NCBI RefSeq assembly: GCF_001194135.2
Contig: NC_068982.1
Span: forward strand, 9,403,778 to 9,467,777
Direction of reading: 5' to 3'
DNA: 64,000 nt
Source: Octopus bimaculoides
Taxonomy: Eukaryota
Shown: positions 48,511 through 61,243 of the stretch, in pieces
Position numbering within the stretch: position 1 is the first letter of the stretch
Layout: the number at the start of each line of letters is the position of its first letter
Made by a program: the position numbers and the translations under genes
The notes under the pieces: model-generated
The model's input: the letters and a program-made list of their open reading frames with translations, nothing else
Database searches by the model: none
Told to the model about the DNA's origin: nothing

Positions 48511-49204
48511 AAAAATGCGAATAGAGGAAAAGTGTAAATGGGAAATAAGTGAACACATGAGGAACAGAGACAGGCAACGATTGTAATAGTAAGAGATTCC
48601 GCGTGCTAAACTACTTCTTTCATTAACAGAAGTCCCCATAGATTTTATTGACAGATATGTGTATTGAATTGGATTTGAATGTATAAACCCTTTTGGGTTT
48701 TAATGCAAAACCATTTAGAAACCTAAACTTCAGGTAATCTTTAAGTCCCTCTGTTTCGTTTGTTATATATGTGTATACTCTGAGTACAATTTATTATAAA
48801 GTTCGGCACTATAAATAATTCTTTTCCACTAATATAAATCTGTTAAAGATCTGCTGTTTGGGGCTATTTGCTTCGACCTAAATGAAATAACCACTTTATT
48901 TGTTTGATATCTAGCCAATCATAAAGAGATTACGTCTGAAGAGACATTTGCACGCTAATGAAAAATCGGTTTCTTGTCTAATTATGCAGAAAATGTACTG
49001 AAATATAAGCACTTGTAAAGCTCGTTATCGTATTACTGATACAAAGATTCACGATTGCTAACGAGAATTTCGTTTCAAAGTTTCACTGTAAACTTCCATA
49101 TTAGTTTTCGTGAAGCCACGAACTCATTTATCTTGAAAATTAGCTTGAAGGTGGAAAAGTTTAGCATATATTCATTCACCCTATATAGATGAAATGTTGT
49201 ATTT

Positions 49205-49595
49205 TATATTTTATATTTTATTGTTTCCATGGACTGCGGCCATGCTGGAGCACCTTCTTGAAAGGTTTCGTTGAACAAATCTACTCCAGTACTTTGTTCT
49301 GGTGCTTATTCTATCGATCTTTTTTTCCTGAACCGCTAAATTTACAGTGACATAAACTGACCAACATCGGTTGACAAGCGGTGGGGGTATGTGTGTGTAT
49401 ATGTGTCTGTGTGTCTGCGCGTGTCTGTGTGCCTGTGTACGGTAATCATCTTTCCTTTTCCGTTTAAATAATCCACTCACAAGATTTTTGTTGGCTAGGA
49501 GCTATAGCAGAAGACATGTTCCCGAGGGTAAACGCAATGGAACTGAACCCGTGATATGGAAGCAAAATTCTTACCACATAGCTACAGCTACACCT
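49205..49595 (-). mobile_element. Diverged SINE family C copy
   Basis: GACTGCGGCCATGCTGGAGCACC...GAACCGCTAA...AATCCACTCACAAG...CTTACCACA.AGC. Confidence 0.75.
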
Positions 49596-50412
49596 TCGCC
49601 TAAGAAAGTAACTGGTTTAGTAATCAAAAGTAGTTGAAACAACAAATAATGGCTTCAAATTTTGACACAAGTTAAGTAATTCTTAAGTTTTAAAAATTAC
49701 ATCGTCTGATATGCGCAAGTGGTACTCATTGTATCGATCCAAAAAAGATCGACAGGAAAAGGTGACTCCGGTGAATATTGAACTCATATCTTAATTAAGG
49801 AGAAGTAATACCGTTTTGACATTTGTTTCCGAGACTCTAACAATTTTGTCAGCTCGCCGTCTTGAAATAAGGTAAAGTTTAGCATAAAACGTATTTCTAA
49901 CGTTTCCTTGGAATTTTCACCTACCAATTCGTTGAAGTCTATATATTTGAATCCATTTAATGCTTTGTCCAAAGGTGTCTCATTGTATATTTTATGCGAT
50001 GTATCAACGACAATACAGCTAATTGGATATCGAACTATTTAAGACGTAGCTAATTAATGTTTTAATTAAACACAGCAAAGCTTTGATAAGTTTAATAATT
50101 CTTGTTGCTGAGAGGTTAGATAGTGACATCTGTTGAGCGTCGGACAAATTAATGTGCGGTATCCTTTTGGTTTATTTTTTACTTTAAGGCCTGATTTGAA
50201 ATGCCAGTTAATTTCTCATGCCCTTTACCTTGCGCAGATCGCAAAATAAGTCCTGTGATCATGCGTGGGTAGCTGCACAACACGAGATAAATTTACAGTA
50301 ATTAAAAAACAAACTGCCTACGTGAATGTATGGCGGAAATATGTTAAAAGCTTAAAGTTCTCCAGCTTGTAGCAAATACTTATTTTCATTAGAGTAGAAT
50401 AATAAAAAGGCA

Positions 50413-50589
50413 GTGATCTAGCACCATTGTAGAACGCCGGACAGAATGTTTAACAGAATTTTGTCTAGCTTTACGTTCTGAATTCAAATTCCACCGAGCT
50501 CGACTTTACCCTTCATCCGTTCAGGTTCGCTAAAATAACTACCCCACATCTCCAAAAATTCAGGCCTTGTGCCTATAGAAGAAAGGGTA
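50413..50589 (+). mobile_element. Diverged, internally deleted SINE family A copy
   Basis: TTTACGTTCTGAATTCAAATTCCACCGAG and the tail CAGGCCTTGTGCCTATAGAAGAAAGG. Confidence 0.7.
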
Positions 50590-51264
50590 ATAATGAAATG
50601 CTACACCAATTGAAGATGTAACAGGCATAATGTCAATTTTTACAGAATGATCATATGAAATGGATATAGGATATCCCTAATTGATTAGAAAGTTTTAACA
50701 AGAGTAAAATCTACTGAAGTATCGTATAACAAAATATAATGTTATATTGCACGTATCACTTCTCGTCTGTTAATACTGTACAAGCTGAAATCAAGAGCAT
50801 TAACCTTTTCGTATATATAAAAAAATTACGTATATTATAAGTTCATTAAACATCAAATTAGATATATCTCTTCTTCCATTAGACAACACAAAATATTCAT
50901 TAACATTTAACATTATGTAGACTATTGAATATTGTTAAGATCAATAACCCAGGAAAAACTTTTATACAAAAGGGAAATAGATAAAATTAAATTTAGTTCC
51001 TCAACACTTTTAATTATAGGAAATTTTCTAAAACAAGATGCGTGTCTCATTATGCATACTGTACAATTTTGTGCGCGAAACTCAACTAGAAAATGCATAT
51101 AAATTCGCAATCGATGCCCATAATATCATTAGAAATTTAAAGATTTCAAGAATTTGCCTAGGTCCGTTGCAGAAACGTTTTGTAATTAAGCACTTCTTTT
51201 AGTTTTCAAATATTCGAGCGAGTTACATACACATTAGATGATTATGTTACAGAAGTATTTCTCC

Positions 51265-51302
51265 GCTCCTCCTCCTCCTCCTCCTCCTCCTCCTCCTCCT
51301 CC

Positions 51303-51369
<67 letters not shown>

Positions 51370-51450
51370 TATCATCATCATCATTATCCTCGTCGTCGTC
51401 CTCCCCCTCCTCCTCTTCCCTTTTCTTCTTCTTCTTCTTCTTCTTCCTCA
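51265..51450. repeat. Compound triplet tract (CCT)n(CAT)n(CGT)(CTT)n
   Basis: Direct reading; it explains the poly-P/H and poly-D/E ORFs. Confidence 0.95.
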
Positions 51451-54116
51451 CCACAATTAAATCATAATTATAAAATTGGCATACACTTAAAGCACATAAA
51501 AAAAAACAACAACGTATTCTTTTACTGAGGGAAAATGAAAAACGGTCATTGTAACAAGAGTTTAAAGACAACTTTCTCGTCGGGTAAATATAAGTTTTGA
51601 AGAATCAAGAAAAACCGTGATTGATAAGCACTCAAAATTAACGAATTTGTATCAATAATAATGGAAGATATATATCACGCTGCTGGAGAAGAAACACGAC
51701 AATCGCTGCAAGCTTCTACCGGATGTTCTTCCTTCTTTCTCCCACAGATATTAGCTCTGTTGCAATTTTCAAATAAAAGATACCTAACAGTTATAATTAG
51801 TATCCTTAGTTGAAAACACAATCAATAGAAATCAAGAAAATATAATAGTAACTATGAAGCCAGAGTTTCTTGATATGAACAAAGCTGAAAAGAAATAAAA
51901 AAACGAAAAATGAACTAACATAATCTGATGAATGGCAGAAACTTACGATCAGATAATTGTTCTCATTATCTTCCTTGTTGATTCAAACATTGACGGCCAT
52001 ACTTGCCTCTTATTTTATTTATTTATTTATTTATTTATTTTTATTTGTATCCCTTGTTTTTCTTCAGTATCCTGTGAACAAGATCTCTATATCTAAGATC
52101 GGATGTTTTCTGTTTGGCTGCAACTTTGGAAATTTTATATTCAGTGAAAATTTTAAATTTGGTGTATTGGTGTGATTTTTTATGCTGAATCTCAGGAGAT
52201 AATTCACTTTTTCCAGAAAAATCTTTTAAAAATGTTACAGTGTGTTAAAGTTTGATAATTTTTACTCAGACAGCAAACAGGATTTGGAAGCTGTCATTTT
52301 GTGCGTGGCAGCACGTGGTCTCAATTGTAAGCAAATGAAATATTGGCGGAATTCTGCTTTGCGCACGCTATATAACCCTTCATAATATTTTCTATGCTTT
52401 GGAACTTTCAGAAACATTTTGTAAATTTGTATTCTACTCACGAGAATTCATACGATTATGCAAAAATGAAAAAAAATAAAAACATTGGTGCGTGATTTAA
52501 GGCTTAAAACACGTGAGGTGTGAGGTTATCGGGAGATGTACTAAAAATGTACTAAAAATAATATGAAATCAATCAGAACAAAAGTTGAAGAAATTGAAAA
52601 GTGTGAGCCAAACAGAAAAGATCCTTTAAATCTCTTCTACTATCCCTAAAATCCCCTTTAATAATTGTGCATCAGCGTAGAGCTTCATCACCAAAAGTAA
52701 CATAGAGTAATCCTTCGACTATCGTAGATGTTATGTGCCAAATCCCCACCCGCAATAGGTGAAAATCCGCGAAGTAGAAACAGTACTGTATATTTTTAAA
52801 ATTATTTCTATAATTTGTATATATTTATTTTATAAATGCAAAACAACACCACAGAAGAATCGACGTAAGCTTAAATAATAAGGTGAACCTCCATATGGCG
52901 AAGGATTACTGTATATGTAAGACGACGAATATATAATGGTCTTTACATATTCCCTTTTCGGCTAACAGTTGTTTCTTATAATAAAAATTAGTTCGTTCAT
53001 CGATCTGTTTATTCCATCGGTCCCTGGATCGGCTGAGAAATTTGACGACCTTGAAAAATAATGCTATCTTTGTCGGAGTCGGCGTTTCCAATGAAACACG
53101 ATAAATGAGGTATATAGACAGAGGGAGGGGTAGCGGCGAAAAGAGGTTAGAGTAACGAGTGGAAGAAAGAGAAAGAGAAAATAAAGAGAAAAAGAAAGGA
53201 TAAATCGGAGAAGAAAAGCAAATGGAAAGAGAAAGAAAAGGATACAAAAGGAAAGTAAAAAGTAGAGGAAAGAAGATACAGAAAGGAAGAATGAAGACAG
53301 AAATCGCGAGGAGAAGTAAACCAGAGCCTAATCAGGGGACAGTTATAGAATTTATTTTGGAGGCCTTTGTCTGTAATTTGGTGGCCTTTTTCTGTAATTA
53401 GTTCAACAGTCTCCAAACATTTACGTTGTCGTCTCAGGTCACATATGATCTAGACATGGGTTTGAAATCTGACATTGGTCACATCCGGCAGTGGTCATTT
53501 TGAACCTTTAAGTTTATGGGGTTTACTACTATCTCAATTTGGGTTTTTTGTTGCTGTTCAAAGAGAAATATGATAAAAAGTAGAAGGATAAATTGAAGGA
53601 GGAAAAAAGGACAACAGCGACGATACTAAGATTAGAAGGTGCGTAGAGATGCTACGCGGATATCAGAGCCAGTTTTAGTAAAATAGTAAAAGTGGAGAGT
53701 ATACCGAGACATACACATACACACGTACACACACACTCACACACACATATATTCTTGTATATATAACATATACACACATACGTAGTGTGTGTGTGTGTGT
53801 GTGTGTACTTCAAAATCTCATTACTTATAAAAGACAGAGATCTTTATGTTTCTCTTTTAGAAACTACATCAAGCTTTACTTAATGTCAGTCGATACTAGT
53901 CTGGTGAAACCATAAATAGTGTATTAACGTCCACCGAAATGGAACGAATAAAACAACTTTCTTTTTAACAAAATTTCCAACCACATCTTGAAAAAGAAAT
54001 TAAGTCTAACATTACTTCCAAGCTGCTAAGCTGAACGAGTTCCGTTTTCCTAGTTGTCACGTTCGTCAGCCTCCGTCCTGGATTCAAATTTTTATCACCA
54101 TCACGAAACACACACA

Positions 54117-54150
<34 letters not shown>

Positions 54151-55559
54151 TTCTTCATCACATAAATATCCTCACCAGTTGCTTTCTGATTTATAGATAA
54201 TGACCAGTCTTGTCATCTTCCTCTCTTTATTCTTTACGATATTATATATTGAGGCATGTTATTAGAATACTATATTTAGCCTATCCAATAAAAGTGTCGT
54301 TAAAGCTGACAAGTCTTGAACGATTGTCTCAAATATGAGCTATCAAAAACGAAATTTAATATTAGCTTCTACTCTAAGAGCATAATAATGTGAAATATAT
54401 AATGCGTAACAATTATGTCCTCTCTTCTGACAAGATTTTACCATTCTGTTTTGAAATTCAATATTTTCAATGACTACACACGCAAAGAAATACAAAACAT
54501 CCAGCTAATAGCAGATTCAGTTATAATTATTAGTTAACTGTTAATTACAACGTGTAATTAGAAATGTCACTCCCACTACACTTCAGGTGACAGCTAAAAT
54601 ATTTTTGTTTATTTATCATTATTATTATTTTTGTTATGATTCCGGCTACCAACATCTATAACACATAACCTTCCTTTGTATCTTATTTATCGCCTAACGA
54701 ACATTCTTGTACAAAATTTTATTTTCTTCCTCGGTGCACGTAGCATTAATAACCATGAAAGATAACACTAAATATATGTAATATTGCTGTCGTTATTACA
54801 GTTGTTGCTTAAACATGAGTTACACCTACTCAAACTAAATGATTCCAGCTCTGGAAATCCATTTTTTGTTTTCAATTTTCAAGAATATATGGTTTTATTT
54901 TTCAAATGTCTAGGGAAATAATATGGTAGAGTCAAGAAAGATTCGGCTATAATTTTCAGCAAATCAATCTCGCCAGTTATTCCTTTAATACATAGATAAT
55001 TTATACAGCTCCAAATGAGTAGGGTATTTCCCAGCTACGGCCGGAAACTTAAATGTAGCTGGTACAAGCCGTCAGTTTAGACATCAGAAAGTTTGTGAAA
55101 TTCGGAAATGTGCTTAATCTTAACTCTTAGTAAAATGTCTCATTTCGGAACGGTTATTCGCAAAAGGCAATCGTTCTAGGCTCAACATAGTGGCCCGAAG
55201 TTCTCGAAATTGTAGCTAAATATCTTTTAAATCATTGTCCAGCAGCGTAAATTACGAAAAGACTCATAAATTTTATAACTCTGGACAACCTGTGATTACT
55301 ATGGTCTTGCGAGGCCGTGTTTATCCAGCATTGTCAAGGCCTCAATAATTTTAAACACTGTTGTGTGCCATCCTAGCCGACGTATTGTTAAATATCAGCA
55401 ATACTAAAAAGAGTTAAAAAGAGTCTGAACTACAAAACTGGACAAGTCTAGTAATGGGGATTATTTGTAATTTGGAAATCGATATGCTTCTACTAATCCG
55501 ATATTTTTCTTCTGTTGCAACGTAAGGATTGTGTGCGTGTGTGTGTGGTCGCTAGCCAC

Positions 55560-55740
55560 ATTCACATTCTTTATTTTCTGTCCTTGTTTCTTTCTGTGTT
55601 CCTTTCTGTGGAAGAGCGTAGGCTCGAAACAGTAAAAACACTTTCACTTCCCGAGCGGCGTTAAACTAATACATTTGTTTGTTGTCTACACCACCTGTCT
55701 TTGCCTTTTGTTTTTTGTGTTTTTTTGTGAATTTTCCTTA
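55560..55740 (+). mobile_element. Penelope-like terminal fragment with a degenerate hammerhead-like motif (55602-55638)
   Basis: CTTT-CTGTGGA-A-GAGC(GTAG)GCTC-GAAAC-A-GTA-AAAA. Confidence 0.55.
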
Positions 55741-55941
55741 TATATATATTCTCGAACCATGATGTGTTAGGACGACAGCCCATTGCTAATAACTGATTCT
55801 GAATGAGACGTTTGACTTACAACTAGGAGTAAAGTCATTTTCCCAATTTTGTAGCCTTCTTCATGTCTAAAACATTGACTTGTACCAACTGCAGTCGAGT
55901 GATATACATATACACACACATACATGCATACATACGTGTGC

Positions 55942-55985
<44 letters not shown>

Positions 55986-58137
55986 TGGCACACCCTGTTT
56001 TCAAACAGTTATTCCAAAGAATACTTATTTTGTGCGGAGGTAAGAAATCGAGCAATGTATTGAATAAAATCTAATTCTGGAACGTGACCTTCTTCTTTAA
56101 TAACAGGAAACCATTAGAATAAGTAGATTATTAACAATATACTTCTTACCGATGCAATGTGGTTTCAATTTCCTGTGGACACCATTCTATATCACAACTA
56201 CTGCTAATGCTCTTTTCAAATATCTGATCATTATTCTTTTATGCTTAGCGAAAATAACACCGTATTTATTAAGCTTTGGGAAATCGCATCTCTCGAGAGA
56301 ATTGGTAGAACCTTACGCTGAAAACTTGAAACTTCAAATACCATGACATCGCATTACAATATCCCTTATAAAAGCGTATAATATGTCCTCCATTTACTGT
56401 TCAGTGGAGCAGCTCGTATGAAGAATAATTTAGTGGCAAAACCTAAATAAAACGGGAAATGCCATTGAAGAGGCACTGATGCCCTTTTGTGGAATAAATG
56501 ATATTTGGATAAATGCTATGAAATATCAAAAATCAATATAAACGTAACTGATACTTTCTCCATATTCATATTTAAATAACTTGTTCACGGATTCTAGAGT
56601 GTTGAAAGGTATATGTTTTCAAAAAACCGATTTTTGCTTTGTCTAACAATAAAATCATTTTCTCACTTTAGCCACTCAGATAAAATCTGAGCGTTACTGA
56701 TCAACAACATAACAGTGAGTAATTATAAATATTATGCTGCATACTTTTGAAATTTGAACACAATTCACAGATTCCCAGTGCTACTCTAGTAGCTGATGGG
56801 TGTTTATAACACGCTGTTCATTTAGGTGATGGAGCTTTATGACAAGGTGACTCGACCTCATTGTGTGACCTTTCAGTCAAAGCTACCACACATCAATGTA
56901 TCTAAACGAGATTAGTAGCTCTTGTTCATAGATATTTGAAACAAAAATCGTTGCCGATATGTGCTCATGCCTGCCGAACCGATAATTCAATGGATGCACA
57001 CAGAATCGCGAAATTCTAAACAGTATTGCATCTATCACACTTAAAATAAGTTCTAGTAGCTTGGAAAAGGAATATGCGTTTTGTTGTCTTTTGCCATAGG
57101 AGAACATTCCGTCTGTTTAGACGATGACTATTCATAACAAGCGATTCATTGAAGTAAGAGGACTATAAGACCCCCACGGTATTTCGACCTCATTGCGTGT
57201 TTCTTGAATCATAGCTCGGATCAATGAATCTAAATGAGGGTAGTGTTTCCTGTACGTAGAAATCAATGAACAAATCATTCACTGATGCATGCTTTGATGG
57301 TTGGTGGTTCCAATGAAGAATACGATTAAACACGACATAAATAATATACAAAACATGGTACAAGTTACCAATCCATACCATTTTGGTAAATCGTTAAATA
57401 CAGTAATCCTATTTAGCAGTGATTTTATAACTATTTTCGCAAAGATGATGAAACCTCTGTTTCACAGCCAGAGTTTGGGTCCACTGTAGCATACCGAAAA
57501 ATACCTTCCGTAGTTGCCTAAAAGATTAGAATATTAAATGCACATCGAGTGACACCAGAGCGAGTCCTCTCATCCATGGGTATGCATGCCTTCTCTCTGG
57601 AATAACGCTACATTTCTGAGTTGTCTTACGCTTTAGCTTGTAACCATCCATCGAACAGTACCATGTACCAGGTGTAACTATGGCAAGGATCGGCAGAAGT
57701 CTTGGTTGTAAAGATGCTATACTCCAGTAGAGAGGACTTAATTCCTTTGAGCATTTTTTCGTCTGTATAAGGAAGGCGAACAGTTGACAGTAGCTTCAAG
57801 AACAATGCAGCAAGAAAAATGTGTCATCTACAAACTACTAGCAATTCTACATGCCAAATATGCTCATACTCTTTCTGGGACTAATAACAAGTATAGATGT
57901 GATTCCCTCCTGCATAGCAACCTATCTAATAGAAGGTCACTTCCAACAAATACAATAGCTGTCACTCGTCGTGTGGGATTCTCTGGATGAGCTATAAGGA
58001 GTTGCTCCCGGCTGCCTTTTAAAAGCATTGCAACGTCAAAAATTGGAGAAAATATTCCTTGCAAATCATAAATTTCTGTAATGAAGGACTGTGATGGCTA
58101 GAGTCACCACTGAAAAATTCGTCTAAAGATGAATGAC

Positions 58138-58213
<76 letters not shown>
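58138..58213. repeat. (TAA)n array (further arrays at 58781-58852 and 59637-59715)
   Basis: Direct reading. Confidence 0.97.
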
Positions 58214-58214
<1 letters not shown>

Positions 58215-58780
58215 AGTACCAGGAAGTGGTTCTCATGGCTTCTCATCTTCACTGATTGGAACTGTTATCAAGTACATGTCTTGATTTAGTATTAAAAAAG
58301 TGGTACATCAAATATTCTGCTCAATACCACAGATTTGCTTGTCAGTTGTTTGACCTTAACCAGTTGAGCATGTCCCTTAGTGGCTGACAATATGTGCNNN
58401 NNNNNNNTGAGCATGTCCCTTAGTGGCTGACAATATGTGCATCTCTGATCACGAGCAGAGGTAGTGGGGGAGCATCATAGCCATGTGTTGAGAGGAATTC
58501 TTAGGGGATTGAAAAATTCACTTCTTGAAACATACGTGTTTCGTTCAACATCCTCAAACAATCCTTATTCAAGGACCTTTTGAGTGGGATGGATCTCAAG
58601 AAAATTCTAACTGGGACCCACCTGCTGTTTATCTTGATATGAAATCACTATGTTGCGCACATGTGGTTGTGATGCATGTGCCTGGTGTACCCTTATCAGG
58701 CGGGTAGTCATGATGGATATACTGGGCTTCGTATATTTTCTCCCAGTGTCACTTTAATGACAGGCACCGCTCTCTCACTC
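58214..58780 (+). mobile_element. Non-coding ~560-bp element X bounded by (TAA)n on both sides
   Basis: Higher-GC block between two (TAA)n arrays, with no pol III A/B box and no protein motif recognised. I recall similar sequence as a common Octopus repeat (unverified). A small gap with a duplicated flank lies at 58398-58407. Confidence 0.55.
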
Positions 58781-58792
58781 AATAATAATAAC

Positions 58793-58852
<60 letters not shown>

Positions 58853-59224
58853 CTGAATCTGAATCTGTGGAACCTGAAGACTAAAACAATACCTATTGTC
58901 ATAGGTGCCCTGGGAATGACAGCGAAACGGGCTGATTACTACCTAGCTCAGATACCAGGAAACCCCAAAATGGCTGAAGTTCAAAAGATAGTGCTCATGG
59001 GAACTGCCCATATCCTACGTAAAATACTGTCTATGTGATCTCAAATTTTAAAACAAACACATAATTTTCTTATGGTTTCTTAAACATTCTCTAGAACAAC
59101 ACTACGTACAAATCCAAATTTATGGTACTCTAGGCATAACACCTACATGAACTTCTAACTTGTTGTCTCTTGAGGTCTCTGGGTCAGACTTGGATCCAAC
59201 TTGTACAAATGCAAAGCAAAAGTC
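58853..59224 (+). mobile_element. 5'-truncated R4/Dong-clade LINE: end of the RLE domain plus 3' UTR
   Basis: LWNLKTKTIPIVIGALGMTAKRADYYLAQIPGNPKMAEVQKIVLMGTAHILRKILSM* (stop 59036-59038) matches the V.PIVIGALG...LQK.ALLGTA.ILRK.L end of R4-clade ORFs. Starts directly after (TAA)n. Confidence 0.9.
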
Positions 59225-59636
59225 NNNNNNNNNNNNNNNNNNNNNNNNNNNNNNNNNNNNNNNNNNNNNNNNNNNNNNNNNNNNNNNNNNNNNNNNNNNN
59301 NNNNNNNNNNNNNNNNNNNNNNNNNNNNNNNNNNNNNNNNNNNNNNNNNNNNNNNNNNNNNNNNNNNNNNNNNNNNNNNNNNNNNNNNNNNNNNNNNNNN
59401 NNNNNNNNNNNNNNNNNNNNNNNNNNNNNNNNNNNNNNNNNNNNNNNNNNNNNNNNNNNNNNNNNNNNNNNNNNNNNNNNNNNNNNNNNNNNNNNNNNNN
59501 NNNNNNNNNNNNNNNNNNNNNNNNNNNNNNNNNNNNNNNNNNNNNNNNNNNNNNNNNNNNNNNNNNNNNNNNNNNNNNNNNNNNNNNNNNNNNNNNNNNN
59601 NNNNNNNNNNNNNNNNNNNNNNNNNNNNNNNNNNNN

Positions 59637-59715
<79 letters not shown>

Positions 59716-59990
59716 GTGGAAGAGAGAAGAGACGGGCTATAAGTACCTGGGGATTTTGGAGATGGATCAATTGATGGAGAAAGAAATGATACTTGCGCAG
59801 ACTGAGACTGACACTTAAGTTGTAATTAAACGGACGGAATAAGATTGAATCAATCAACACCTGGGCGGTTCCATTCCTTAGATATGGAGCAGGAGTAATC
59901 GCATGGACAGCAGACGAAGTAAACAGCTTAGACAGAAAGACATTATGCACACCCACGTCACGCCAATCGGATGAAATTGGAGGCCTAACT
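59716..59990 (+). mobile_element. R4/Dong-clade LINE internal fragment (RT domain 7 and thumb)
   Basis: YKYLGILEMDQLMEKEM (from 59738), then after a frameshift LRRLRLTLKL*LNGRNKIESINTWAVPFLRYGAGVIAWTADEVNSLDRKT. Starts directly after (TAA)n. Confidence 0.88.
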
Positions 59991-60013
59991 TAGTTCGATT
60001 ATTACACTTACGT

Positions 60014-60055
<42 letters not shown>

Positions 60056-61167
60056 GTGTATTACGCTTCAAAACTTCAGCAAGAACAAGGTCGGTGAGAA
60101 TAGAATTCTTTAGAATAATGAAACAAGTTCTACTGTTATGGATCCAAGAACCTAAGTTCCGAACAAAATCGAAAATACAGTCAGATCTTTGAGATGAAAT
60201 CGAAGACAAGACCAAAATCCTGTACCGTAGGAATAATAGTATTAAGATTTGCAAGTATATTTAATGCACCAAAATATAAATAAGAACGTTGAGTTCCCGC
60301 GGTATCGACTAATTTAAATATTATTGTTAGGAACATTGTTAACAATAATTAGAGGATGAGTTCAGCTTGCCAAGAAATGTTCACCTTCCGCACTACTGAA
60401 CACGTGTATTTTATACTCAAATGAACATACAAAAGATGGCTCTGTGTGAAAATCGATAATTCCACCATTAAAATATTTTCATTTAGAACATTCTCTTTCT
60501 TTGTTGGAACAATTGACGGTAATACCTATCTCAATGAATTTTGGTATAGCATCCTGGAATAATATACTGTACTGAAATTTTGCCTGATTCCAATTATTTT
60601 GTTAATTACTTCAAATGTTGCTTTCATTGCATTTTAAAATATCAAGATTTGTATATTAATTCCTTTTTGTATAAAATAGTTCTTTTGTGTTTCATTTGTA
60701 AAGACTACAAAGAATAAAAATAATTCTAATGCATTATATAATGTTTATCTTTGAGAGCCAAATCTTAAATACATACATTGCTTTAGTCATTCTATAGCTT
60801 ACCATTCGAAATCAAAAGAATATTTTTTTAAATTTCATATTTGAAAGAAAATACGGTCAATACACATAGATTTTCTGTTGAATATATGTTTTCTTGAAAT
60901 AGTGGTATATAATATTAAAAGAACTGTGTTTGGTAGTTACTACATTCCTTTCTTCACTATCAGGAATTTAATATTTTAGATTTTGATTGAATGTTTTGTA
61001 TGAAATAATGTTAGTTTGGCATATATTTTAAAATTCATTTCAATAAGCGCTTCATACACGTATCTTCAATTTACATATTGTAATAGATCATTTAAATAAA
61101 TTATAAACATAAATGTATTGTGTTGGCCTATAATTTAATTCGGAATCTGCTTTTAGATAGAGCTTTC

Positions 61168-61243
61168 ATTATGACATGAATTGATACTAGTTATGGATAA
61201 AAATCATTCTGGAAGAACGGACTGTTATATTGCACTAGGTGAC
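61168..61243 (+). repeat. 76-bp direct repeat, second copy at 63109-63184
   Basis: 71/76 identical; the last 37 nt are identical and both end in AG-GTGAC. Confidence 0.9.

Noticed and set aside
51238-51571. Poly-P/H and poly-D/E ORFs (also 3.7, 19.3-19.7 and 34.0-34.6 kb)
   Set aside because: Translations of triplet microsatellites with no flanking coding signal.
52900-53420. CT-rich minus-strand tract as the 5' UTR or first exon of a host gene
   Set aside because: No good ATG-led frame or strong donor site; low complexity explains the ORFs.
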